Origin: Syntrophales bacterium
GTDB taxonomy: Bacteria > Desulfobacterota > Syntrophia > Syntrophales > UBA2210
Assembly: GCA_963662405.2 (NCBI GenBank)
Contig: CAXXKT010000001.1
Location: forward strand, 1,312,001-1,376,000
DNA: 64,000 nt
Reading direction: 5' to 3'
Within the stretch, counting starts at the first letter, position 1; each line of letters begins with the position of its first letter. The translations under genes were made by a program, and so were the position numbers. Positions 49,329 to 59,668 of the stretch are shown here, piece after piece. The notes below the pieces were generated by a model. The model did no database searches. It saw only the letters and a program-made list of their open reading frames with translations, and had not been told where the DNA came from.

Positions 49329-50078
49329 ATGAAAACGAATCCGCCGAAGGTCAGGTTGGATCGTCTCCTGGTTGATCGCGGCATCACAGCAACCCGGGAG
49401 AGGGCCAAGGCGCTTATCTTGTCGGGCTTGGTGGTGGTCGGGGAATCACGTGTCGACAAAGCGGGAACGGTGGTTCCCGCCGATGCCGAAATCCGCGTCA
49501 AAGGGGACGGGAATCCCTATGTCAGCCGGGGAGGATTGAAGATCGAGGGTGCCCTCCGATCATTCGATATTGACGTGGCCGGGGTTGTGGCCCTGGATAT
49601 TGGTGCCTCCACGGGCGGGTTTACCGATTGTCTTCTGCAGCGAGGGGCAGTGAAGGTCTATGCGGTCGATGTGGGATATGGCCAGATCGACTGGAAACTC
49701 CGAACAGACCGGCGAGTAATCCTCTTTGAGAAGACCAATATCAGGTATTTTTCGGGTGAAGGGATCGAGGACCCCATCGACCTCACGGTCATCGATGTCT
49801 CATTTATTTCGCTGAAACTGGTTCTCCCCGTCGCCGTCAGACTGACCGGTGCGGGGGGATCAATCCTCGCCCTGATCAAGCCGCAATTCGAGGCAGGGAG
49901 GAGTGAGGTCGGTAAGGGTGTCGTGCGGGATCCGCTGGTCCACCGGAGGGTTGTTGAGGATATGGTGACATTTTCCAGTGAACTGGGCCTTGATGTCGTC
50001 GGGACCTGTGGATCACCCATTACCGGACCGGCCGGCAACCGGGAATTTTTCCTGTATGCCCGCAAGTCCAGCCTGTGA
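49329..50078 (+). CDS. tlyA: TlyA rRNA 2'-O-methyltransferase (S4 + FtsJ)
   Basis: YVSRGGLK, DIGASTGGFTD, DVSFISL, LIKPQFE, GNREF. Confidence 0.95.
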   Translation: MKTNPPKVRLDRLLVDRGITATRERAKALILSGLVVVGESRVDKAGTVVPADAEIRVKGDGNPYVSRGGLKIEGALRSFDIDVAGVVALDIGASTGGFTDCLLQRGAVKVYAVDVGYGQIDWKLRTDRRVILFEKTNIRYFSGEGIEDPIDLTVIDVSFISLKLVLPVAVRLTGAGGSILALIKPQFEAGRSEVGKGVVRDPLVHRRVVEDMVTFSSELGLDVVGTCGSPITGPAGNREFFLYARKSSL

Positions 50079-50092
50079 GATAGGGACGAACG

Positions 50093-51808
50093 ATGGGAGT
50101 CAAATTGGCCGAGACGGCGGGTTTCTGTATGGGCGTCAAGAGAGCGGTTGATATGGTTCTTGCCCTGACCCGTCACCGGAGCGACAAACAGGTGTATACC
50201 TACGGCCCCCTGATACACAACCCCCAGACGGTGGAGCTCCTCAGGGAACGAGGGATTGTCCCGGTGAAGGATATCGATTCCGTCGGGGATGGAATCATGG
50301 TGATACGCGCCCATGGGATATCGCCTCAAGAACGGAGTCGTATCAAAAACAAGGGGATCGAAATCGTCGATGCCACGTGCCCGCGCGTGGCAAGCGTCCA
50401 GGCGATCATAAAGAAACATGCCGCGCGGGGTGATGCGGTGGTGATAGTCGGGGACAGAGAGCATCCGGAGGTTGCCAGCCTCTTGGGGTATGCATCGGGA
50501 AAGGGAATGGTTATTCACGATATCGCTGGTGTCGCGGATCTTCCCGATTTGGAGAAACTTTGTGTCGTCGCTCAGACCACGCAGGATTCGGGAAAGTACC
50601 GAGAGATTACAGCGGCGATTCTCCGGAGGTTCCCGGAGGCCATGATCTTTGACACCATATGCGATTCAACCGAAAAAAGACAGGCCGAAGTCAAGGCGAT
50701 GGCCTCCGCAATGGACGGGATTATTATCGTGGGGGGAAGGGACAGCGCAAACACGAAACGGCTCGCGGAGATCTCTCACGGATGCGGGGCTCGAACGGTA
50801 CATGTCGAGACCGCCGAAGAACTTGACGGTGTTGATTTCGATGAGTGCAGGCAGATTGGTGTCTCCGCCGGTGCCTCCACACCGAACTGGATCACCGAAG
50901 GGGTGATAGACTATCTGATCCTCAACAGGAGAGGAAAGATGCCGGGGGTATTGAGAGGTCCGTACAATATCTGGATATTTCTGGTCCGGACAGACCTCTC
51001 TTCGGCCATCGGTGCCGGGTTTCTCTCCCTGGTAAGCATGGCGCTCCAGGGACTGACGGTAAAGATATCTCATATCATGATCGCCTCTCTGTGTGTCTAT
51101 GCCATCCATACCATCAACCGGTTGGAGGGGAGGAGCTTCGGGAGGATCAAAGGGGGCTTCAGGGAAAAATCCTACGTACGACACAAAAGGACCTATATCA
51201 CGGCCGCCATTGTTTCCCTTGCCCTCGCGTTGGCGCTCTCCTTTCTTGAAGGGACGGCCACCTTTTTACTGGTGGGGTTGGTCGCCCTCCCCGGGGTTCT
51301 CTATACGGTCAACGTCTGGGGGAAGCGGCTGGAGGATCTCCCCGGCTCCAAAAATTTCTTCACCGCTGCGGCGTGGGGTGCCGTGACCGGCGTTGTCCCA
51401 CAGATCAGCACCGGCATCGAGATCACCTGCAGTATGGTCGTTTCATTTGCCTTTGTCTTCGCCCTTGTTTTCGCCAAATCGGTCCTCTCCGATACCCTCG
51501 ATATCCAGAGTGATCGCCTGATCGGTCGGGAAACGATCCCTATCCTGATAGGGGAAGGACCTTCACGGATACTGCTGAAGGGAATAGCGGTTCTGACCGG
51601 GATCGGACTGGTCGTCTCGCTGCCCGTCGGCTGCACCTCTTCCCTGAGCCTGGCGCTTCTGGTGCCGTTGTTTTATCTATGGATTTGTATAGGACTTTGT
51701 GATAAGAAAACTCGGTTTTCCAGGATGGCCCTGGAGGGGCTGCTGGGGTTGAATTATATGATCGCCGGGGCAACTGCATGCTTCTGGTTAGTGATGGAAG
51801 CGCTGTAA
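50093..51808 (+). CDS. ispH: 4-hydroxy-3-methylbut-2-enyl diphosphate reductase fused to a C-terminal UbiA-like membrane domain
   Basis: IspH Cys triad GFCMGV / DATCP / TICDST, HPEV, AGASTP; then ~290 aa multi-TM with RLEDLPGSKN and DTLDIQSDRLIGRETIP. Confidence 0.88.
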   Translation: MGVKLAETAGFCMGVKRAVDMVLALTRHRSDKQVYTYGPLIHNPQTVELLRERGIVPVKDIDSVGDGIMVIRAHGISPQERSRIKNKGIEIVDATCPRVASVQAIIKKHAARGDAVVIVGDREHPEVASLLGYASGKGMVIHDIAGVADLPDLEKLCVVAQTTQDSGKYREITAAILRRFPEAMIFDTICDSTEKRQAEVKAMASAMDGIIIVGGRDSANTKRLAEISHGCGARTVHVETAEELDGVDFDECRQIGVSAGASTPNWITEGVIDYLILNRRGKMPGVLRGPYNIWIFLVRTDLSSAIGAGFLSLVSMALQGLTVKISHIMIASLCVYAIHTINRLEGRSFGRIKGGFREKSYVRHKRTYITAAIVSLALALALSFLEGTATFLLVGLVALPGVLYTVNVWGKRLEDLPGSKNFFTAAAWGAVTGVVPQISTGIEITCSMVVSFAFVFALVFAKSVLSDTLDIQSDRLIGRETIPILIGEGPSRILLKGIAVLTGIGLVVSLPVGCTSSLSLALLVPLFYLWICIGLCDKKTRFSRMALEGLLGLNYMIAGATACFWLVMEAL

Positions 51809-51835
51809 GATATACAGTATCCGGGGGGATCGTCA

Positions 51836-52429
51836 ATGCGGGTAAGCGTGAGGAATTTGATCTTTGCAGTGTTGCTCTGTGTGACACTTTCCGCCTGTGG
51901 GGGGCTCCGTTTTTCACAGATTGCGCCGGGGATTGATGCGTTTCATCCCGAAGCGCTCTGCATCCTTCCGGTTGATGCCGGTGTTTACACGCAAGCGGCG
52001 GGAGGAGTCGTCGATGATATCATCGACGATGTCGTCAAGAAAAAGGGGTGGTTTTCCACCGTTGTTTCACCGAAAGAGGTGGCGAAACTGATGGAAGAGA
52101 ACGACCGATTGAAAGATTCCATCACCGATTACCTCGCGAAGCTGAAGGTGGTACACTTTTCCGACCCCGACCTGAGCGGCTTTATCGGCAAGACGTGTCA
52201 TGCAGATGCCGTACTCGTCGTGGAGGTGGATTTCTGGAACTATACGACGCAGGGGGATGACAACCTCGTGAAGGCGGGTTTCAGCATGCAACTGGTGGCC
52301 GCACAGACGGGTGAGGTTATGTGGAAGGCGAACCACTTCGCAACGGAAAAATACCGGTGGTTCAAGCCAAACGTGGCCGCTTTCGCGCGCGACGTGGCCG
52401 CGGAGATGATAGCACGCATGCCCCATTAG
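51836..52429 (+). CDS. Putative lipoprotein of unknown function
   Basis: Lipobox LSAC; ILP...ADAVLV...TGEVMWKA pattern reminiscent of the lipoprotein at 38562. Confidence 0.65.
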   Translation: MRVSVRNLIFAVLLCVTLSACGGLRFSQIAPGIDAFHPEALCILPVDAGVYTQAAGGVVDDIIDDVVKKKGWFSTVVSPKEVAKLMEENDRLKDSITDYLAKLKVVHFSDPDLSGFIGKTCHADAVLVVEVDFWNYTTQGDDNLVKAGFSMQLVAAQTGEVMWKANHFATEKYRWFKPNVAAFARDVAAEMIARMPH

Positions 52430-52598
52430 GTGGTAAGAGGAGATCCTCCGCAGCTTTCCCGCGGGGATAATTTCTTGGGTGTGTTGATTCCTCCGGGGTT
52501 GGTATGTTTGGAATAAGCGTCTGCGGTTTTTCGGCGGATGTTACCTTCGGTCCCGGTCATATCATGTGTCGGTGACTGGAAGGGAAGAGGATGAGGGG

Positions 52599-53041
<443 letters not shown>

Positions 53042-53083
53042 CAGCCGATAACCGGGCTGTATGCCCTCATAGTGAGGCCTGGA

Positions 53084-53728
53084 ATGAAGGGTTTATTCAT
53101 TACGTTCGAGGGGATCGAAGGTTCCGGAAAGTCAACCCAAATCAGAAAGGCCGAGGGTTATCTGAAAGAACGGGGAATCCCCGTCATCGTCACCGGCGAA
53201 CCGGGGGGAACACCGCTCGGAGCGGAACTGCGGAAAATCCTGCTTGACAAGACGGCGCTTATGCTGTCCGGTAGGGCGGAGCTGTTGCTTTTCGCCGCGG
53301 ACAGGGCTCAGCACGTCGAGGAAGTTATGATGCCCGCGATGGAAGAGGGGAAAGTGGTGTTATGTGACCGTTTTTCCGATGCTACCGTCGCGTATCAAGG
53401 ATGTGGGAGAGGGGAAGACCGGGGGCGTGTCAGATCTGTGTGTGATTTTGCATCCCGGTCGCTGGTCCCCGATATGACCTTTCTGTTTGATATCCCGGCC
53501 GATACGGGACTCGGGAGGATCATGGACCGTGCCCGCAATGCGGGTGATCCCCCTCGTGAAGACCGGTTTGAGAGAGAACATCTGGACTTTCACGAAACCA
53601 TCAGGGATGGCTACCTGACGCTGGCCCGGGAGGCCCCGGACCGGATCAGGGTGATCGATGCCTCCCGGGATATCGATACGGTGCACCGAGATGTCCGTAT
53701 CCATTTGAAAGAATTGATTGAAAGATAA
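53084..53728 (+). CDS. tmk: Thymidylate kinase
   Basis: FEGIEGSGKST, EPGGT, ADRAQH, DRF..AYQG. Confidence 0.96.
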   Translation: MKGLFITFEGIEGSGKSTQIRKAEGYLKERGIPVIVTGEPGGTPLGAELRKILLDKTALMLSGRAELLLFAADRAQHVEEVMMPAMEEGKVVLCDRFSDATVAYQGCGRGEDRGRVRSVCDFASRSLVPDMTFLFDIPADTGLGRIMDRARNAGDPPREDRFEREHLDFHETIRDGYLTLAREAPDRIRVIDASRDIDTVHRDVRIHLKELIER

Positions 53729-53733
53729 GGCTT

Positions 53734-54714
53734 ATGCCGTTTTGCGATATTTATGGTCAGGAAAGGCAAATCGCAATACTCCAAAACGCCATCCGCAGAC
53801 GGCGGGTTCCGCATGCGTATCTCTTTTACGGCATCCCGGGGATCGGCAAGAAGACTGTTGCGTTGGCACTTGCCTCCACGCTGAATTGCCGGGAGGGTCA
53901 TGCCGATTTCTGTGGTCGGTGTCCTTCATGCCGTAAGGTGATTCGCAGGACTCATCCTGATGTCGTGATTATAGAGCCGGAAGGGCTTTTTATCAAAATT
54001 GATCGGATCAGAGACCTTCAAAATCAGACACAGTTCAGGCCGCTGGAGGGAAGAAAAAAGGTATTTGTTGTTGCCGATGCAGACCGGATGAACGATGCAT
54101 CGGCCAATGCTCTCCTGAAGACATTGGAGGAGCCGAGTCCTTCCAATGTCCTGATATTGACGACCTCTCGTCTTCACCGGCTTCCCCAGACGATCGTATC
54201 GAGATGCCAGAAGGTGCGGTTTCAGCCCCTGCGGCCCGAGACGGTGGCCTCCTTTCTGATCGACAGCGGAGAGACAGATCCGGTGTCGGCACAAATCGCG
54301 GCGGCAGCGGCTGGTGGAAGTATCGGAAAGGTACTCGAGATTCGGACGGGGCTGCTGTATGAATTCAAGGATGAGATAGCCGAGGTGTTTTCTGGGGGTC
54401 TCTCTTCCCTAGACATGATCTTTCTTGCGGAGAGCTTCGGAAAGGACCGGGAGACCGCCCTGCAGCGGCTTGACATCTTCCGGGAGTGGTGTCGTGATGT
54501 GCTGATATACCGTGAGTTGCACGATGAAGGCGGTCTTATGCACCCCGACATGGCCGAGGCGACAAAACGGTGTGCGGAGCAGACCGTTGGTGATGATATA
54601 CTCCAAAATATCAATATGATACGAAATGCACAGGGCGCGATCGAACAGAATGCCAACAGGCAATTGATACTTGAATCGATGGTGTTCCGTCTCAACAAGG
54701 CCAGACAGGATTGA
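53734..54714 (+). CDS. holB: DNA polymerase III delta' subunit
   Basis: HAYLF, CGRCPSC Zn site, HPD, NALLKTLEEP, TIVSRC; tmk-holB synteny. Confidence 0.93.
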   Translation: MPFCDIYGQERQIAILQNAIRRRRVPHAYLFYGIPGIGKKTVALALASTLNCREGHADFCGRCPSCRKVIRRTHPDVVIIEPEGLFIKIDRIRDLQNQTQFRPLEGRKKVFVVADADRMNDASANALLKTLEEPSPSNVLILTTSRLHRLPQTIVSRCQKVRFQPLRPETVASFLIDSGETDPVSAQIAAAAAGGSIGKVLEIRTGLLYEFKDEIAEVFSGGLSSLDMIFLAESFGKDRETALQRLDIFREWCRDVLIYRELHDEGGLMHPDMAEATKRCAEQTVGDDILQNINMIRNAQGAIEQNANRQLILESMVFRLNKARQD

Positions 54715-54715
54715 T

Positions 54716-55564
54716 ATGTCCGATGATACAACCTCCACTATAGGGATCAGATTTCGGGACAAGGGGAAGGTATACACCTTTGACGCGGCCGGTATTGACC
54801 TCGGCGAGGGAGACAAGGCTATTGTGGATACCGAAGGAGGGTTGGCGATGGCATGTGTGGCGACCGGTATTCGCCGTGTTTCCATCGACAGATTGCCCCG
54901 TACCATTCGGCGGGTTGTCCGGAAGGCCACCGATGAGGATATGACGGTCCATCAGCAGAATATGGAGATGGAGCGTGAGGCCTTCGCGTTCTGCATGGAG
55001 AAGGTCAAAGAACGGGATCTCTCTATGCGGTTGGTCGATGTCGAAACACTTTTTGATAAGAGCAAGCTGATCTTTTATTTCACCGCAGAGAGCCGGGTTG
55101 ACTTCCGGGAACTGGTGAAGGACCTGGTGAGAAAGTACAAGACACGGATCGAGCTGAAACAGATCTGGGTCAGGAGTGAAGCCCGGATATACGGGGGTGT
55201 CGGTATGTGCGGTAGAGAGCTTTGCTGTGCCAGCTTTCTCAACAAATTCGCTCCGGTGTCGATCAAGATGGCAAAGGAGCAGAATATGCTCCTGAACCCG
55301 GAAAAGATATCGGGTCTCTGTGGGAGATTGATGTGTTGTCTTGCCTTCGAACATGAGCAGTACATGATGGCAAAAAAAAATATGCCAAAATGCGGAAAGA
55401 CAGTTGTTACCAAGGAGGGGAGCGGCAAGGTAACCAGGCAGAACATACTGGAACGCATTGTGTTCGTGGATCTCGGTGACGGGGAAGAGAAAGAGATCTC
55501 GGTCGATGACATCCTGAGAGAAGAGAAACCGCGAAAACCGTTACCAGTGAAAAAGAAACAGTGA
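54716..55564 (+). CDS. PSP1-domain protein (YaaT/RicT family)
   Basis: RVDFRELVKDL, CGRELCC, KMAKEQ, GLCGRLMCCL. Confidence 0.92.
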   Translation: MSDDTTSTIGIRFRDKGKVYTFDAAGIDLGEGDKAIVDTEGGLAMACVATGIRRVSIDRLPRTIRRVVRKATDEDMTVHQQNMEMEREAFAFCMEKVKERDLSMRLVDVETLFDKSKLIFYFTAESRVDFRELVKDLVRKYKTRIELKQIWVRSEARIYGGVGMCGRELCCASFLNKFAPVSIKMAKEQNMLLNPEKISGLCGRLMCCLAFEHEQYMMAKKNMPKCGKTVVTKEGSGKVTRQNILERIVFVDLGDGEEKEISVDDILREEKPRKPLPVKKKQ

Positions 55565-55578
55565 GCTCGGAGTACGAT

Positions 55579-57468
55579 ATGAAAAATTTTTACGTTACAA
55601 CACCGATCTATTACGTGAATGCATCACCTCACATCGGACACGCCTATACCACTATTGTGGCCGATGTCATGACCCGGTTTTATCGGATGGCCGGATACCG
55701 GGCCTATTTCCTGACCGGGACCGATGAGCATGGGGACAAGGTCGCGGAGGCGGCACAGCAGGCGGGAGAGGATCCCCAGAGTTATACAGACCGGATCAGC
55801 GGTCAGTTCCGCGATTTGTGGCCGAAACTGGCGATCACCAACGATTATTTCGTCAGGACGACTGACACGGATCACAAAGAGGTGGTCAGGTCGATCCTCC
55901 AAAAGGTATACGATGCGGGTGACATCTATTTCGGCGAGTACGAGGGGCATTACTGTGTGGGGTGCGAGCGTTTCTATCGGGAGAGTGAACTGGTGGACGG
56001 CATGTGTCCGGATCACCTCACCGTGCCCGAGACCCGGAAAGAGAGCAATTACTTTTTCCGGATGAGCAAGTACCAGGATTGGCTGATTGATCATATCAAG
56101 AAGAATCCCGATTTCATCAGACCGGAACGCTACCGAAACGAGGCCCTCGCCTTTCTGAAGGAGCCCCTTGAGGACCTCTGCATATCGCGGCCCAAGACAC
56201 GATTGACCTGGGGGATCACCCTCCCCTTTGATGATCAGTATGTGACCTATGTCTGGTTCGACGCCCTGATCAACTACCTGACGGGGGTCGGGTACCCCGA
56301 GGGAGAACGGTATACAACGTTCTGGCCCGTCTCGCAGCACCTGATAGCAAAGGATATTCTCAAGCCCCACGGGATCTACTGGCCCACCATGCTGAAGGGG
56401 GCGGGGATCGAACCATATCAGCACCTGAATGTCCACGGATACTGGAACATCGATCAGAATAAGATGTCGAAGAGCCGCGGAACGGTGGTCAAACCTCTCG
56501 ATCTGAAGGACACGTACGGTCTGGATGCATTCCGCTATTTTCTGATGCGGGATATGGTATTCGGCCTCGATGCCAATTTCAGTGAAGAGGCCTTTGTCCA
56601 GAGGATCAACGCCGATCTAGCCAATGACCTGGGGAATCTGGTCAGTCGGTCCCTCTCCATGGCGGTCAAGTATTGCGGAGGCACAGCCCCCGCCACCGTC
56701 GATCACCCGGATGATACGCATCTGATCGAGGCGGCGGCAAAGTTGTTCCCGGATGTAGAGCAGTCCTTCCGCTCGTTGCAGTTCCATAAGGCCCTCATCT
56801 CCATCTGGGAATTCATCAATCTGACCAACCGGTACATCGTGGAGCGGGAGCCCTGGTCCCTGGCGAAGGATCCGGCCGTTCGGGAACGTCTGGACACGGT
56901 CATCTACAATCTCTTGGAGGCACTCCGTGTGATTGCCGTCCTGATCACCCCCTTCATGCCCGATGCCGCCGGTGATATCCTGGGCCGACTCGGGGTCGAG
57001 GATATCGAGTCCCAGAATTTCGAAAGTGTCCGAACCTGGGGCGGTCTCCCGATCGGCAGTCTCCTGACCCGTGGAGAATCCCTTTTCCCCCGTGTCGAGT
57101 ATCAGAAACCGGAAGCATCTGCGGTGAAGGTCCTCACCGATGTCAAGGACGAGATATCCTTCGAGGATTTCGAAAAGATCGACCTGCGTGTGGCGGAAGT
57201 GATCGCCGCGGAGCGGGTCAAGAAATCGGATAAATTGTTGAAACTGAAGATCGATGTCGGGGAGGAACGGACCATCGTTGCGGGGGTCGGTGCCCATTAC
57301 CGACCGGAAGATCTCGTGGGGAAGAAGATTGCCGTCATCCTGAACCTGAAACCCGTGAAGCTGATGGGGGTGGAATCGCACGGGATGCTCCTCGCAACGG
57401 AGTCGGAGGGGGGGGTAACGCTGGTCTCGTTTGAGGGAGACCCCGTTGTCGGAGCACGGGTAAGCTGA
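55579..57468 (+). CDS. metG: Methionine--tRNA ligase with C-terminal tRNA-binding domain
   Basis: TTPIYYVN.PHIGH, YVWFDAL, KMSKS, C-terminal DLRVAEV...GVESHGM. Confidence 0.97.
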   Translation: MKNFYVTTPIYYVNASPHIGHAYTTIVADVMTRFYRMAGYRAYFLTGTDEHGDKVAEAAQQAGEDPQSYTDRISGQFRDLWPKLAITNDYFVRTTDTDHKEVVRSILQKVYDAGDIYFGEYEGHYCVGCERFYRESELVDGMCPDHLTVPETRKESNYFFRMSKYQDWLIDHIKKNPDFIRPERYRNEALAFLKEPLEDLCISRPKTRLTWGITLPFDDQYVTYVWFDALINYLTGVGYPEGERYTTFWPVSQHLIAKDILKPHGIYWPTMLKGAGIEPYQHLNVHGYWNIDQNKMSKSRGTVVKPLDLKDTYGLDAFRYFLMRDMVFGLDANFSEEAFVQRINADLANDLGNLVSRSLSMAVKYCGGTAPATVDHPDDTHLIEAAAKLFPDVEQSFRSLQFHKALISIWEFINLTNRYIVEREPWSLAKDPAVRERLDTVIYNLLEALRVIAVLITPFMPDAAGDILGRLGVEDIESQNFESVRTWGGLPIGSLLTRGESLFPRVEYQKPEASAVKVLTDVKDEISFEDFEKIDLRVAEVIAAERVKKSDKLLKLKIDVGEERTIVAGVGAHYRPEDLVGKKIAVILNLKPVKLMGVESHGMLLATESEGGVTLVSFEGDPVVGARVS

Positions 57469-57526
57469 TTCGTGCGGGCGTTCCCTCGTCAACAAAACGA
57501 TAGTCAATAACTGTCTGATCGGAACG

Positions 57527-58300
57527 ATGTGTCCACGGAATGTTTCGGCCTTCAGAGTCGTATTCGCCCTCCTGTCGCTGCTGTTGGTGACGGGGTGTAT
57601 GGTGCGGCAGATTCCCGCTCCGGCGGTGTCTCCTCCTGCCTCGACAGCGAAACTTGCCTCGATGGGTTTTACCATTCAGGTGGGGGCCTTCGCGGAAGTT
57701 GAAAACGCCGCCCGCCTCGTCAAACGCCTGAACAATGATCATCTGGAAGCCTATTATTTTCTGTACCGGCAGGGGTTGTACAAGGTCCGCTTCGGCAACT
57801 TCTCGACCAGGGTGCTCGCCTCCCGGGAGGCGGAGATCCTGAGAGGGATGGGGGTGATCGGTCCCTACTACGTCGTCCGTCCGGACGAGTATGTCATTGC
57901 GAGAAGGCCCGGTTCTGACGAGCCGTATCTCAGGGATCAGATCGTGAAAACGGCACGGAGATTCATCGGTGTTCCCTATCAATGGGGGGGCGTCTCCGCT
58001 GAAGAGGGATTTGATTGCAGCGGCCTCGCCATGGCCATCTACCGCCTCAACGGTCTGAATCTGCCCCGCACATCGGTTCAGCAGTATGGAGCAGGCACGT
58101 CCATCAGCAGGGAAGATCTTGCCAAGGGGGATCTGATCTTCTTTGACACGCAGCTGAGGGGCGTGGTTTCTCACGTGGGGGTCTATGTCGGTGAGGACCG
58201 CTTTATTCACGCACCGCGGTCTGGACGAACCGTGCGATCCGGTTCGCTCTCGAATGCCTACTATCAACGGCGGTACGTCGGTGCCAAGACCTATCTATAG
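57527..58300 (+). CDS. SPOR-domain + NlpC/P60 peptidoglycan hydrolase lipoprotein
   Basis: Lipobox VTGC; FTIQVGAF SPOR; PYQWGG...GFDCSG, LPRTS, HVGVY, FIHAP. Confidence 0.9.
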   Translation: MCPRNVSAFRVVFALLSLLLVTGCMVRQIPAPAVSPPASTAKLASMGFTIQVGAFAEVENAARLVKRLNNDHLEAYYFLYRQGLYKVRFGNFSTRVLASREAEILRGMGVIGPYYVVRPDEYVIARRPGSDEPYLRDQIVKTARRFIGVPYQWGGVSAEEGFDCSGLAMAIYRLNGLNLPRTSVQQYGAGTSISREDLAKGDLIFFDTQLRGVVSHVGVYVGEDRFIHAPRSGRTVRSGSLSNAYYQRRYVGAKTYL

Positions 58301-58376
58301 CAATATCCACAAGAATCTTTTCTGAGTTCCGCTCATTTCTTTTTCAATAATTATTTTTTGCAAAAATACTTTTTCC

Positions 58377-58406
58377 TTGACACTGTTCCCTGTTTTCTTT
58401 TATGCT
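58377..58406 (+). promoter_or_regulatory. Putative sigma70 promoter of the Liv-type ABC operon
   Basis: TTGACA-18 nt-TATGCT preceded by an A/T-rich tract (UP-element-like). Confidence 0.5.
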
Positions 58407-58527
58407 GGTCTGGCATCATGGGGGGTTCTTTCTCTTCTACTTCACAGCATCACATCTGAGCATATGCTGGTGTCAACTATTTTTGTTGATTATTAGCACT
58501 CTTGGATAACCGAGCGAGGTGTCTCTT

Positions 58528-59598
58528 ATGGATATGAAGCGGGAGTATTACGAGGATATTGAGCTGTTCAAAAGCGGGACGATCCTTTTCTGGACGGTTG
58601 TCCTTCTTGCCGCTCTCCTGGCGGCGCCACTCTTTTTGTCGACCTATCATGTGTATCTGTTCAACCTTATCCTCGTCCATGTTATTGTCGCCGTGGGCCT
58701 GAACATCCTTGTGGGTTCCACCGGTCAGATCGCCCTGGGTCATGCGGGATTTTTTGCCATCGGTGCGTATGTGACCGTACTTCTGATGACCAAACTCCAG
58801 ATCCCCTTTTTTGCGGCCATCCTCGCTGCCGCCTTTATCTCGGCCTTTTTCGGTTTTGTCTTGGGGCTTCCAGCCCTGCGACTGGAGGGTCCCTACCTCG
58901 CCATTGCCACCCTCGCCTTCGGCCTCGCCATCATGCATGTTATCGGCCATACCGACCTCTTCGGGGGGCGGCAGGGTCTCATGGCCCCCGACTTTGATAT
59001 CGGGATCCCCCAATTGGGGTTGAGTTGGATTCTCTCCTCGGAGACAAGCAAATACTACCTGATCCTGGTTGTCACCGTTATCATGGTACTCCTGGCCATC
59101 AATATTTTAAAAACCAGGGCCGGTCGGGCCTTCGTCGCCATCCGGGACAGTGACATCGCAGCCGAAGTGATCGGCATCAATCTGACCATGTACAAAACCC
59201 TGGCCTTTGCCGTGAGCGCCTTTTACGCCGGCGTTGCCGGAGGACTCTTCGCCTTCGTGCTCGGCTTTTTTGATCCCTTCACGTTCAACCTGATCCTGTC
59301 GATTATCTTTCTCGTTATGGTCGTCGTGGGGGGGCTGGGGTCGGTCATGGGATCGATATCGGGGGCCGTTCTCATCACCTATCTCTGGTACGACCTGTTC
59401 AAGAACGTGGATGAGGTCCCCATCGTGGGCGACCTGCTGGTGGCCTTCGCGGGGCAGTTTCTCACCGTGACGGGGATGGATAATTTCAACTTCATAGCCC
59501 TGGGTCTCGTCATGATCGGTATCATCATCTTCGAGCCCCTGGGCATGTTTGGTGCCTGGATACGGATCAAGAAGTACTGGAAGACATGGCCCTTCTAG
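58528..59598 (+). CDS. livM: Branched-chain amino-acid-type ABC permease (LivM-like)
   Basis: GLNILVGSTGQIALGHAGFFAIGAY, RLEGPYLAIATL, GRAFVAIRD. Confidence 0.85.
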   Translation: MDMKREYYEDIELFKSGTILFWTVVLLAALLAAPLFLSTYHVYLFNLILVHVIVAVGLNILVGSTGQIALGHAGFFAIGAYVTVLLMTKLQIPFFAAILAAAFISAFFGFVLGLPALRLEGPYLAIATLAFGLAIMHVIGHTDLFGGRQGLMAPDFDIGIPQLGLSWILSSETSKYYLILVVTVIMVLLAINILKTRAGRAFVAIRDSDIAAEVIGINLTMYKTLAFAVSAFYAGVAGGLFAFVLGFFDPFTFNLILSIIFLVMVVVGGLGSVMGSISGAVLITYLWYDLFKNVDEVPIVGDLLVAFAGQFLTVTGMDNFNFIALGLVMIGIIIFEPLGMFGAWIRIKKYWKTWPF

Positions 59599-59668
59599 AG
59601 GGTTGATGTGTGACGGGGAAGAACCATGAACGACTGACAAGGAAAACCGACTATTGCAAGGGGGAGTT

